Of a stretch of DNA of 64,000 bases, positions 20,550-29,913 are shown in pieces. Numbering within the stretch: position 1 is the first letter of the stretch; each line of letters begins with the position of its first letter. The notes under the pieces were generated by a model, which did no database searches, had not been told where the DNA came from, and worked only from the letters and a program-made list of their open reading frames with translations. Source of the stretch: Actinomycetes bacterium (GTDB lineage Bacteria; Actinomycetota; Actinomycetes; Nanopelagicales; Nanopelagicaceae); contig JBAWYW010000001.1 in the NCBI GenBank assembly GCA_037143395.1, positions 506-64,505 on the forward strand, read 5' to 3'. The translations under genes were made by a program, and so were the position numbers.

Positions 20550-21320
20550 ATGACGGATACCCAGAAACGAGTCGCCTTCTTCGATGTAGACAACACATTG
20601 ATGAGGGGTTCCTCACTTTTCTTCTTAAGCCGGGGTATGTATCAGCGTGGATTCTTCACCAAGAAAGATATCTCCAACTTTGTCATGGCCAATATCCGCT
20701 ACCGGCTCTCAGGAATCGAAGATATGGAAGAGATCGCAAAGATTCAGGCCTCTGCCTGTGAATTCTTTCGTGGCCATAGAGCCGATGTAATAGAAAAAAT
20801 GGGAATTGAAGTTTATGACGAGTACGTCTCGCCAGCTTTATGGCAAGGAACAATTGAAATTGCAAATGAGCATTTAAAGAACAACGAAGAGGTCTGGTTG
20901 GTCACAGCTACTCCACTTGATCTTGCAAATCTGATCGCTGAAAGACTTGGCTTTACTGGCGCACTTGGGACTATTGCAGAGGTTAAAGAAGGCGTCTACA
21001 CAGGTAAATTAATCGGTCAACTTCTCCACGGCCCTAATAAAGCGATTGCTGTAAAAAATTTGGCTCTAGAGAAGAATATTGATTTAGCCCACTCATATGC
21101 CTACTCAGATAGCCACTTCGACATTCCATTACTGAGTACTGTCGGGTACCCAAGAGCCATCAATCCGGATGCTCAGTTACAAATACACGCGCTACGAAAT
21201 AATTGGCCAATACATGACTTCCGTCGAGGCCGGATATTCAAAAAACTTATCGCGCCGACCCTTAGCCGTGTTATGAAGGTGACGACGCTCATCTCCCCCC
21301 GTAGTTGGAAAAAAAGGTAG
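20550..21320 (+). CDS. HAD-IB family hydrolase (SerB-like)
   Basis: FFDVDNTL (DxDxT), VTATP and YSDSHFDIP motifs. Confidence 0.8.
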   Translation: MTDTQKRVAFFDVDNTLMRGSSLFFLSRGMYQRGFFTKKDISNFVMANIRYRLSGIEDMEEIAKIQASACEFFRGHRADVIEKMGIEVYDEYVSPALWQGTIEIANEHLKNNEEVWLVTATPLDLANLIAERLGFTGALGTIAEVKEGVYTGKLIGQLLHGPNKAIAVKNLALEKNIDLAHSYAYSDSHFDIPLLSTVGYPRAINPDAQLQIHALRNNWPIHDFRRGRIFKKLIAPTLSRVMKVTTLISPRSWKKR

Positions 21321-21364
21321 ACCTGTAAATCGAGGTAGCAAAACTCCAGTAATGTAGGCCAGTT

Positions 21365-23518
21365 ATGTCCTACTCCTTGGCTGATGAACTGCGCATGCGC
21401 GCTGAGAGTGAAATCGCGCTGCTCTTTACTTTGCGACCAGACCTGATCTCTCCTGTCCCCACTGATATCTCAGCACTTGCTGCGCGCGCAAACTCAATGC
21501 CAAGTGTGATGCGTGCACGTGATGCACTCAATAAATGGGAGATAGACATACTTACTGCGATCTGCACACTTGGAGATCCAATTTCTCTGATGGAAGTACT
21601 CAGCATGACGAGTAAGGATGCTAAGCCAGCTGTCCTTTCCTTGTGGCAACGAGCGCTTATATATAAAGATGGTGAGCATTATCGTGTTCCAAGTAATGTA
21701 AGAATTGCAATTGGAGAGCACCCGGCAGGGCTAGGACCGGTAGCCACAAAGAAAATTGATTTTTCACTTCTTGGAGAAGCACCAAAAGGCGCCATTGATT
21801 TGTTACAACGTATGGTCTGGGGACCACCAAAAGGCCAAGTTGCTGATGTAAAGAAGGCCCCTCCCGCAATTAAATGGCTCATCACAAATAACTTTCTCAT
21901 TCCTTTTGATTCACAAAATGTTTTACTCCCAAGAGAAGTTGCTCTTCACTTTAGAGAGGGGAAAGTTTTCAAAGAACTCCAACCCATACAGCCAACGATC
22001 TCTGGAACATCAAGAAAGCAAAAAGATGTTGATTTGGCAGCGATCGCGAATATTGGAACGTTTATTAGATGGTGTGAGGAATTGGCTCACAACTGGTCAG
22101 ACGAGCCTCCTATGGGTTTAAAATCGGGCGGTCTAGGGGTAAGAGATCTAAAACGCACCTCAGAACACCTAGGTATATCTGAGAGCTGTACAGCATTTGT
22201 TGCTGAGCTTTTGTTTATCGCTGGTTTGATAGTGATCGACACAGATGATCAGATTATGCCGACAAATGCTTTCGATATTTGGCTGACCCGAAGCATCGAA
22301 GAGCGATGGCATGCGATAGCTTCTCTCTGGCTTGAAACTTCGCGCATGAGCGGACTAATAGGGAAAGCTGAGAATAAAAATATCTCAGCACTTGGACCTG
22401 AGCTAGATCGAGCAGGTGTCAGCCTCATCAAGAGAAATACCCTTGAATTATTGGAGAAAAACCTAGAAGTCGATCCTTCTATTGACTCAGTAAACATTTG
22501 TATTCAGTGGCTCGCGCCAACAAGGGCCAACTCTGACTATGTCGAGTGGATATTGAGAGAAGCTGAATGGCTTGGCATTTCAGGGCAAGGAGCACTTTCA
22601 AGTTTTGGAATTGCGCTACTTCATAATCAAGATCTCGGTATCGAATCAGCTCTTCCAAAACCGGTTGACCATATTTTAATCCAGGCAGATAACAGCGCAA
22701 TTGCACCTGGCCCACTTACCATTGAACTGGCTAATGCGATTGGAACTATTGCAGATATTGAAAGTCGCGGTGGTGCAACCGTCTATCGCTTTAGCGAAGC
22801 ATCCATTCGTCGAGGACTTGACCATGGACAAACTGGTAACTACATACTTGATTTTCTTAAAAAAACTTCTAAGACGCCTGTTCCTCAACCACTTGAGTAC
22901 TTAATAACGGATGTCGCAAAACGTCATGGAAAGCTGCGGGTCGGTATCGCCCACACATACCTTCGTTGCGAGGATGAAGGACTGATTGCTGAGATACTGC
23001 ACGATAAGAAGCTAGAACCTCTTCGAATGCGAAAGCTTGCTCCGCAGGTATTAGTTTCTGATATTGAAATGAATGAATTAATGAATTTGCTTCGCGAAGC
23101 TGGGTATTTGCCAGCTGCAGAAAATGTATCAGGTGTTTTAATTTCTGCGCCTCTTATTCGCCGTGCAAAATCTCGACCAAAACCTCCAAGGGTTGTTAGT
23201 GAAATATCAACACCTACTCAAGTTGTAATTAATTCTGCAGTGAAGGCACTACAAGCTGGCGAGAAGGCAAGTTCACATAAGCCTCGCGATATCCCAAGGA
23301 CGACTGCGAATGAAACAGTTGAGTTACTTCACCAATATATTGAGGAGCGAGTAAGACTGACAATTGGATATGCCGATACAAATGGCGGTGTTTCAAACCG
23401 TCTCATCGATCCACTTTCAATCTCTCTTGGAACCTTAGTTGCTCGCGACCATGCCACTGGAGAGATCACCCATTTCCGTATTCCCCGCATAACAGGCGTG
23501 GGTGTGGCTAATGAGTAA
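21365..23518 (+). CDS. XPB-associated large conserved protein (Rv0862c-type) with C-terminal WYL-like domain
   Basis: 717 aa, soluble, no catalytic motif recognised. N-terminus LLFTLRPDLISPVPTDISALAARA resembles partners found next to actinobacterial XPB. The last ~60 aa fit the WYL pattern (TIGYADTNGGVSNRLIDP..FRIPRITGV). Confidence 0.6.
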   Translation: MSYSLADELRMRAESEIALLFTLRPDLISPVPTDISALAARANSMPSVMRARDALNKWEIDILTAICTLGDPISLMEVLSMTSKDAKPAVLSLWQRALIYKDGEHYRVPSNVRIAIGEHPAGLGPVATKKIDFSLLGEAPKGAIDLLQRMVWGPPKGQVADVKKAPPAIKWLITNNFLIPFDSQNVLLPREVALHFREGKVFKELQPIQPTISGTSRKQKDVDLAAIANIGTFIRWCEELAHNWSDEPPMGLKSGGLGVRDLKRTSEHLGISESCTAFVAELLFIAGLIVIDTDDQIMPTNAFDIWLTRSIEERWHAIASLWLETSRMSGLIGKAENKNISALGPELDRAGVSLIKRNTLELLEKNLEVDPSIDSVNICIQWLAPTRANSDYVEWILREAEWLGISGQGALSSFGIALLHNQDLGIESALPKPVDHILIQADNSAIAPGPLTIELANAIGTIADIESRGGATVYRFSEASIRRGLDHGQTGNYILDFLKKTSKTPVPQPLEYLITDVAKRHGKLRVGIAHTYLRCEDEGLIAEILHDKKLEPLRMRKLAPQVLVSDIEMNELMNLLREAGYLPAAENVSGVLISAPLIRRAKSRPKPPRVVSEISTPTQVVINSAVKALQAGEKASSHKPRDIPRTTANETVELLHQYIEERVRLTIGYADTNGGVSNRLIDPLSISLGTLVARDHATGEITHFRIPRITGVGVANE

Positions 23519-23551
23519 CCAGGCTGATGTGAATTACGGCAGACTACTCCC

Positions 23552-24628
23552 ATGACATTTCTCGCTGACTTACAAAAGCTGGTGGAATGCCAATCTCCAA
23601 CTGAGGATTTAGCTTCTTGCCAAAAAGTTATGGAAGTAGCAAAGAAAATTGCAGAAGATAACTTGCCTCATGAAGCAGAAATAATTATTGAGTCGGGCCG
23701 CCCCGTTTTTTGGTGGGGATCAAAGAATCCTAAAATTGTTCTCCTTGCACATCTAGACACAGTTTGGCCTCTCGATTCATTTAAGCCCCTTTGGAAAGTA
23801 GATGGCGACAAAATCAGTGGACCTGGAATATTTGATATGAAAGCAGGGTTCCTGCAAGCACTATACGCGCTCAAGGAAAATCCAGATGCTCACAAAAGTG
23901 TTGCCCTCATCGCTACTAGTGATGAAGAAACTGGAAGCAAGAGTTCTCGCGATCTAATTACTCGGCTATCAAAGAGCGCCAAGGCTGTACTAGTTTTGGA
24001 GTCATCACTTAATGGCAAAGTAAAAGTAGGGCGAAAAGGTACATCTATGTACCAAATTAAGATTCACGGACGCGCCTCACATGCTGGTCTTGAACCAGAA
24101 AAAGGTATCAATGCGACTGTAGAGATAGCTGAAATTATTACTCAGGTAGTGAAGTTGGCTAATCCTGAACATGGAACAACAATTGTTCCCACCATGCTTG
24201 AATCTGGGACAACAACAAATACTGTTCCAGCTCTTGCAACGCTAGATATTGATTCACGATCATTTTCGCAAGCAGAGCTTGAGCGTTTAGATTCAGCGAT
24301 CAGATCTTTGAAGCCTAAGCACCCAGATGCACAGATTGAAGTTACTGGTGGGATAAATAGACCTCCTTTGGAAACAACTTCAACTCAAATGCTTTATAAG
24401 AAACTTGAAGCCACGGCAAAGAAAATTGGAATGCCTCCGGTCGGCTCGGCGAGTGTAGGTGGGGCAAGTGATGGCAATTTTGCTGCCGCTGCAGGTGCGC
24501 CAACTCTTGATGGACTGGGCGCAACAGGAGATGGTGCTCATGCATCACACGAACATATCTTGGCATCAACTGTTTCAGATCGAATCTCACTACTAGCAGC
24601 ATTTATTAAGGAGCTCATTAGTGAGTGA
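23552..24628 (+). CDS. M20-family metallopeptidase (carboxypeptidase G2-like)
   Basis: LAHLDTVWP, FDMKAG, SDEETGS and HASHEH metal/catalytic blocks. Confidence 0.85.
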   Translation: MTFLADLQKLVECQSPTEDLASCQKVMEVAKKIAEDNLPHEAEIIIESGRPVFWWGSKNPKIVLLAHLDTVWPLDSFKPLWKVDGDKISGPGIFDMKAGFLQALYALKENPDAHKSVALIATSDEETGSKSSRDLITRLSKSAKAVLVLESSLNGKVKVGRKGTSMYQIKIHGRASHAGLEPEKGINATVEIAEIITQVVKLANPEHGTTIVPTMLESGTTTNTVPALATLDIDSRSFSQAELERLDSAIRSLKPKHPDAQIEVTGGINRPPLETTSTQMLYKKLEATAKKIGMPPVGSASVGGASDGNFAAAAGAPTLDGLGATGDGAHASHEHILASTVSDRISLLAAFIKELISE

Positions 24629-26267
24629 TGGCCCGTTAATTGTTCAAAGCGATAAGACGTTGTTGCTTGATATTGACCATCCACTTTCCGATGAATGCCG
24701 AAGAGCTATTGCAGCATTTGCTGAGTTAGAAAAATCTCCAGAACACATCCACACGTATAGGCTCACTCCGCTTGGTTTATGGAACGCACGAGCAGCCGGA
24801 CATGATGCAGAGCAAGTTGTAGATACTTTGCTTAAATACTCTCGTTTTGCTGTTCCACATGCATTGCTAGTCGATATTGCTGAAACTATGTCTAGATATG
24901 GACGACTACGCCTTGAAGCCCACCCTGTTCATGGGTTAACACTGGTTTCAAATGACCCAGCAGTTCTCAGGGAAGTTACCCGAGGGAAAAAGGTTGCGCC
25001 CATGCTGGGGCTGCAACTCGATGATGAAACTATTGTCGTGCATCCCGGCCAACGTGGATTTCTCAAGCAGGCCCTATTGAAACTTGGTTGGCCTGCAGAA
25101 GACTTTGCAGGTTACGTGGATGGTGAACATCATGAAATTGCATTACGCGAAGAGGGCTGGTCAATTCGCAAATATCAATCTATGGCTGCAGAAGGATTTT
25201 GGCATGGTGGTTCAGGAGTTGTAGTGCTTCCATGTGGTGCGGGAAAGACAATTGTTGGCGCAGCAGCTATGGCACATGCGAAGGCAACAACACTTATTCT
25301 TGTAACAAATACTGTGGCAGCAAGGCAGTGGCGGGATGAATTACTCCGAAGAACAACTCTCCACGAGGACGATATTGGTGAGTATTCAGGTGCGAAGAAA
25401 GAAATTCGCCCAGTAACTATTGCAACATACCAAGTAATGACGATGAGGCGGGGTGGCGTATATGCCCACCTTGATTTATTTGATGCGATTGACTGGGGTC
25501 TGATTATTTATGACGAGGTGCATCTCCTGCCTGCTCCAATATTTAGGTTTACCGCCGATATTCAGTCTCGTCGTCGTCTTGGGCTAACTGCCACTCTTGT
25601 TCGTGAAGACGGCATGGAGGGTGAGGTTTTCTCTCTCATCGGACCAAAGCGCTTCGACGTTCCTTGGAAAGAAATTGAATCACAGGGCTATATCGCCCCA
25701 GCAGACTGTGTTGAAGTTCGCGTAACTCTGACTGAAGAAGAACGCTTGAACTATGCAACAGCTGAGCAAGAAGATCGATATCGTTTTTGCTCAACAACGC
25801 TTACAAAGCGCAGGGTTGCCGTCGCACTTGCAAGACAGCATTCTGAGGATCAAGTCCTTGTTATTGGTCAATATATTGATCAGCTTGACGCACTAGGTGA
25901 AGAACTTGGAGTCCCTGTTATTAAGGGTGATACACCAGTTAAAGAAAGAGAGCGTTTGTTTAATCTCTATAGAACTGGTGAAATTAAGTGTTTAGTTGTT
26001 TCTAAAGTCGCAAACTTTTCAATTGATTTGCCCGATGCAACAATTGCTATTCAAGTTTCAGGAACATTTGGATCAAGACAGGAAGAAGCGCAGCGGCTCG
26101 GTCGTATTTTGCGCCCAAAGGCTGATGGCCGTGGTGCTCGTTTTTACTCTCTTGTTGCAAGAGACACAGTTGACCAAGACTTCGCTCAAAACAGGCAACG
26201 TTTTCTAGCGGAGCAAGGATATGCCTATCGCATCATTGATGCAGATGAAATTCTCTCTAAAGAGTAG
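24621..26267 (+). CDS. DNA repair helicase XPB/ERCC3
   Basis: MSDGPLIVQSDKTLLLDIDH N-terminus, Walker A PCGAGKT, DEVH box, RED motif (TLVREDG). GTG start 7 nt after AAGGAG, overlapping the M20 gene by 8 nt. Confidence 0.92.
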   Translation: MSDGPLIVQSDKTLLLDIDHPLSDECRRAIAAFAELEKSPEHIHTYRLTPLGLWNARAAGHDAEQVVDTLLKYSRFAVPHALLVDIAETMSRYGRLRLEAHPVHGLTLVSNDPAVLREVTRGKKVAPMLGLQLDDETIVVHPGQRGFLKQALLKLGWPAEDFAGYVDGEHHEIALREEGWSIRKYQSMAAEGFWHGGSGVVVLPCGAGKTIVGAAAMAHAKATTLILVTNTVAARQWRDELLRRTTLHEDDIGEYSGAKKEIRPVTIATYQVMTMRRGGVYAHLDLFDAIDWGLIIYDEVHLLPAPIFRFTADIQSRRRLGLTATLVREDGMEGEVFSLIGPKRFDVPWKEIESQGYIAPADCVEVRVTLTEEERLNYATAEQEDRYRFCSTTLTKRRVAVALARQHSEDQVLVIGQYIDQLDALGEELGVPVIKGDTPVKERERLFNLYRTGEIKCLVVSKVANFSIDLPDATIAIQVSGTFGSRQEEAQRLGRILRPKADGRGARFYSLVARDTVDQDFAQNRQRFLAEQGYAYRIIDADEILSKE

Positions 26268-26496
26268 CAAATACTTTTTTAAACCTATCTGGGTCTACTT
26301 TAAAGAAATCGTGCGGCATTCCGTTAATTAAAATTACAGGAACTTGTTCACCATACTTATCTTCAAGCTCCTGATCTGCATCTATGAATATTTCATCGAT
26401 AACAAAAACAAGTTCTTCCTGAAGAGCTTCTAAAGTTGCAAGCGCAGATTCACACAAATGGCAACCATGGCGCGAATAGACCTGAACAGTGACCAT
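26257..26496 (-). CDS. glutaredoxin-like protein (DUF836 type)
   Basis: MVTVQVYSRHGCHLCE with a CxxC motif and about 80 aa. ATG 26496 is preferred over ORF-track GTG 26502 on SD spacing (AAGGG). Its 3' end overlaps XPB by 11 nt. Confidence 0.7.
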   Translation of the reverse strand: MVTVQVYSRHGCHLCESALATLEALQEELVFVIDEIFIDADQELEDKYGEQVPVILINGMPHDFFKVDPDRFKKVFATL

Positions 26497-26588
26497 ATCC
26501 ACCCTTCATCAACGATTAATCTCTGTATTTACTGTGAAAATAGAGTACAAGCATTTGCTGATCAATTTCCCCACTAAGATTTTTCACT

Positions 26589-28961
26589 ATGCGGGCTTGG
26601 AAAATCAGCACACCTCTCCTGGCGTCAGCGACTCTAGTTGTTGGCCTCACCCTCCCCATCTCATCAGCCACTGCCTTCACAATTAATGAGATTCCGGCTG
26701 GATGGGTTCATACTTATGCTGCCCCCGAGCTTGCAAGTGTAACAAACTCAACTTGGAGCGACACCGCCGCTCATCTAAATACTGCCAGCACAATTAATAT
26801 CAGCTTTCAAAATATCTCAGAGCAAGAGCAGGTGGCAATTCAAGCAGCAATAAATATTTGGTCAGATAACTGGAGTTCATCTGTTCCTGTGAACGTAACG
26901 GCATCTTCACAAGTTGAACCTTCGGCTGGGGTATTGGCCTCTGCTAGCGCGGTTAATTATTTTAATAACTTCCAAGGTGCTCCTGATCAAACAGTCTGGT
27001 ACTCCTCTGCGATGGCAAATGCCCTTTCCGGGAAAGATCTAGATCCAACAAATCCTGAAATTAAAATCAACATTAATGCTGCAATGCAAAATCTTTTCTA
27101 TCTTGGAACAGATGGAAAGTGCCCTCCTAATCAATACGATCTCGAGTCAATAATTCTTCATGAATTCGCACACGGCTTAGGTTTTATATCAAACGATGTT
27201 TTCTACCCAGCGACTGGAGTAGGGCAACTCAATCGCCCGACTCCTTTTGACGCATTTGCTGTACTACCCGATGGAAGTCGCTTGATGGATCTACCTTCGC
27301 CCTCAGCCCAACTGGGACAAGCTTTCCAAAATACTTTAGTGTGGAATGGCCCAATTGGTATCGCGGCAAACAATGGAAGTAAACCAGTTCTATTTACACC
27401 CAATCCTTATCAACCTGGCTCCTCGGTAAGTCATTTGGATCAAGTGACATTTCAAAGTTTTGGACCAAATGCACTCATGACGCCAAGCTGGCCTCCAGGA
27501 GCAGTGTTCAGAAGTCCAGGTCCACTCGTACTTGGGATGCTTCAAGATATGCGAACAAAACCACCTGGAGGTAAACCTGCAGGACTTCCTAATGCGCCCC
27601 GAAATATTCGAGCAATCGTTGGGGATAAATATGCGATTGTTAACTTTGATCCTCCTGATAATGCTCGCACATCTCCCATTGATTCATACACGGTAAAAGT
27701 TGATGGGACTTTAAATGTTTTTACCGCAACTAACAGTCCTATACGAGTCACAGGGTTGAAAGATGGAATTTCATACACATTTACAGTGAGTGCAACAAAT
27801 CAAGTAGGAACTTCGGTTGGAGCAAAAAGTAATTCAGTTACTCCACAAATGGGATGGACTTCCAACGTCATAGATGCCAATGCAGATGCAAAATATCTAG
27901 CAACTACGACTTTTCAGGGAAAGCCAGCTGTAGTTTATAGCAACTCTAAAGTAGGCAATTTAACACTTGCGACTTGGAGCGCAGGTAAATGGAGTAAACA
28001 GATCATTGATGGAAACTCAGATTTATCTGGGAAAACAACTAATGATGTATCCGGATACATCTCGGTGTGTACTTCAGCGCCGGGCAAGAACCAGCGATTA
28101 AATGTCTTCTATGGTGATGTGACAAAGAAATGGCTGCGTTATGCCGGGTATAACGGTAAAACTTGGAAATACAGCATTGTTGATGGCAATGGAGCAACCA
28201 TCAATGACTATAAAGATTTCAGTCGTGTACGTACCGCAAGTGATGTGAGTGGAGCGAGTGCATGCGTTGATACACCTGATGGTCTTCAGGTTTTCTACCG
28301 TGATCAAAGTCAGGGAATTATTTTAGGAGCAGTTCAATCCTCTGGCGGTTGGCAATATGAGTTAGTCGATGGGGACCGAGTTACTGGATCGCGGACAACT
28401 GGTGATGTTGGATTTCATATACGTGCCCTGAACCTTGATTCAGATGTCTACCTGATTTATGACTCTGTTTTACAAATCAATCAACAAAAGCAGGCAGTCC
28501 AAGAAGCAGTTCGACTAGCAACTCGTAGCACTACTTTGCCTGAAGATTGGAACTACTCCACACTTGATTCATATGGTGGAGACGTAGTTATCGCTGGATA
28601 CGACGTTGGGCTTATTAATCATGCTGGACATATTAAAGCAAGCTGGATGGCATCAACCGGTGTATCCCTTCCAGACGCAGACAGCATCCGTTACGCAGAC
28701 CTTGCAACCCCGACTAAAATTGGACAAATAAGCTCTGGCATCTTTGGAACACCTGCCGCACCCATGCAAACTGATGGAAAATATATTCTCTTCAATTGCC
28801 AAGCAAGACTTTGCAGCCTAAACACTACAAACAGAATAATTTCACTTGTCACAGCGTCAGACGTTTCTAAGTCAGGTAAGGTCGAATGGATTAAATTGGG
28901 TGCCACTCAATATGCTCTGGCAGGAATTAATGGAAAGTTGATTGGCTACAAAATTAAATAA
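26589..28961 (+). CDS. secreted multidomain protein: leishmanolysin-like HExxH metalloprotease domain, FN3 module, 5-blade beta-propeller-like repeats
   Basis: Signal peptide ..LPISSATA. HEFAHGLGF at 27159-27185, with distal GSSVSHLD and NALMTP. FN3-like segment at about 27588-27846. Repeated W-x3-(I/V/L)(I/V)D(G/A/S) units from about 27850 to the end. Confidence 0.7.
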   Translation: MRAWKISTPLLASATLVVGLTLPISSATAFTINEIPAGWVHTYAAPELASVTNSTWSDTAAHLNTASTINISFQNISEQEQVAIQAAINIWSDNWSSSVPVNVTASSQVEPSAGVLASASAVNYFNNFQGAPDQTVWYSSAMANALSGKDLDPTNPEIKININAAMQNLFYLGTDGKCPPNQYDLESIILHEFAHGLGFISNDVFYPATGVGQLNRPTPFDAFAVLPDGSRLMDLPSPSAQLGQAFQNTLVWNGPIGIAANNGSKPVLFTPNPYQPGSSVSHLDQVTFQSFGPNALMTPSWPPGAVFRSPGPLVLGMLQDMRTKPPGGKPAGLPNAPRNIRAIVGDKYAIVNFDPPDNARTSPIDSYTVKVDGTLNVFTATNSPIRVTGLKDGISYTFTVSATNQVGTSVGAKSNSVTPQMGWTSNVIDANADAKYLATTTFQGKPAVVYSNSKVGNLTLATWSAGKWSKQIIDGNSDLSGKTTNDVSGYISVCTSAPGKNQRLNVFYGDVTKKWLRYAGYNGKTWKYSIVDGNGATINDYKDFSRVRTASDVSGASACVDTPDGLQVFYRDQSQGIILGAVQSSGGWQYELVDGDRVTGSRTTGDVGFHIRALNLDSDVYLIYDSVLQINQQKQAVQEAVRLATRSTTLPEDWNYSTLDSYGGDVVIAGYDVGLINHAGHIKASWMASTGVSLPDADSIRYADLATPTKIGQISSGIFGTPAAPMQTDGKYILFNCQARLCSLNTTNRIISLVTASDVSKSGKVEWIKLGATQYALAGINGKLIGYKIK

Positions 28962-28962
28962 G

Positions 28963-29913
28963 TTATTTTGTATTTAGAAAAAGTAAGCTATAGATTCCCT
29001 GGTCACTATTTGCTAACACCAAGCCAAATCCTGGTTGATACTTGAGTGAGACTAATTTTCCATTAAATGTAAAAAGTTCAGCAATCCCGCCTTTAAGGGA
29101 ACTTTTTATGAGAACAGATGTTGAGCCCTTTGGTTTAAATCCTGAAATCCCAGGAATCGCTTTTGATGTCGCAAAGCTTTGCCAGCTGTAAGTAGAACTC
29201 TTAATAAGAGTGACTGCTTTGTTTGGGAGAGTTTTCTGCTTACTTAATTTTATCGGCGATAACCCCGTAGTACTGATCGTTGACTCAAACGTATTTGCGC
29301 CCGAACTATTACTAACTCCTGAAACTACAATTTTCTTTAATTTTAATGTGATTGTGCTTGGAAGGAGTACATCTGTTGAATCAGATGTGTAGGTATTAAC
29401 AAGTGAACCACTCGGGCTAATCTCCCAAACAACAAGTCGTTTTAAGCCGCTCGTGGGCGGTGCAACAGGGGCAACTAGTATTTGTGAAGGATTAACCGTA
29501 TTCGGAGCCAAGGGTGTTGGCGTTACCTGTGGTGTTGGAATAGCAGTTGCACCTGCTACCCAAATATTGCCAAGTGAATCTATATAACCGGAAGTGGCCA
29601 CATCATCTAGCACGGTACCTAGTCGCAAATTCCATAACTGCTGGCCTGTATAGCTGACGGCTGAAATATACCCATCACTAGTTCCACCAAGTGCAGGACT
29701 TGTCACAAGGGTTGATGTCGATGTTTCAATCGTTCCAATAAGAAAGGTTCCTGAAGCGTTCGTTAGAACATCTGAGAGTTGATCCCCTCCCGATAAAGCG
29801 AGGGCAAAAGATGTTGCTAAAGGTCTGACAGGAATCGGTTTTGTCGCAGCACTAGCATGGCTAATCGTTATGACTACCAAAAAGAATAGCGCCGTTATAA
29901 AGTTCTTTTTCAC
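28963..29913 (-). CDS. secreted hypothetical protein (SBBP/beta-propeller-repeat-like N-terminal half)
   Basis: GTG start overlapping the proC stop (GTGA). Signal peptide MKKNFITALFFLVVITISHASA. The stretch GGTSDGYISAVSYTGQQLWNLRLGT..SGYIDSLGNIWVAGAT is SBBP-like. The rest is Ser/Thr-rich. Confidence 0.5.
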   Translation of the reverse strand: MKKNFITALFFLVVITISHASAATKPIPVRPLATSFALALSGGDQLSDVLTNASGTFLIGTIETSTSTLVTSPALGGTSDGYISAVSYTGQQLWNLRLGTVLDDVATSGYIDSLGNIWVAGATAIPTPQVTPTPLAPNTVNPSQILVAPVAPPTSGLKRLVVWEISPSGSLVNTYTSDSTDVLLPSTITLKLKKIVVSGVSNSSGANTFESTISTTGLSPIKLSKQKTLPNKAVTLIKSSTYSWQSFATSKAIPGISGFKPKGSTSVLIKSSLKGGIAELFTFNGKLVSLKYQPGFGLVLANSDQGIYSLLFLNTK

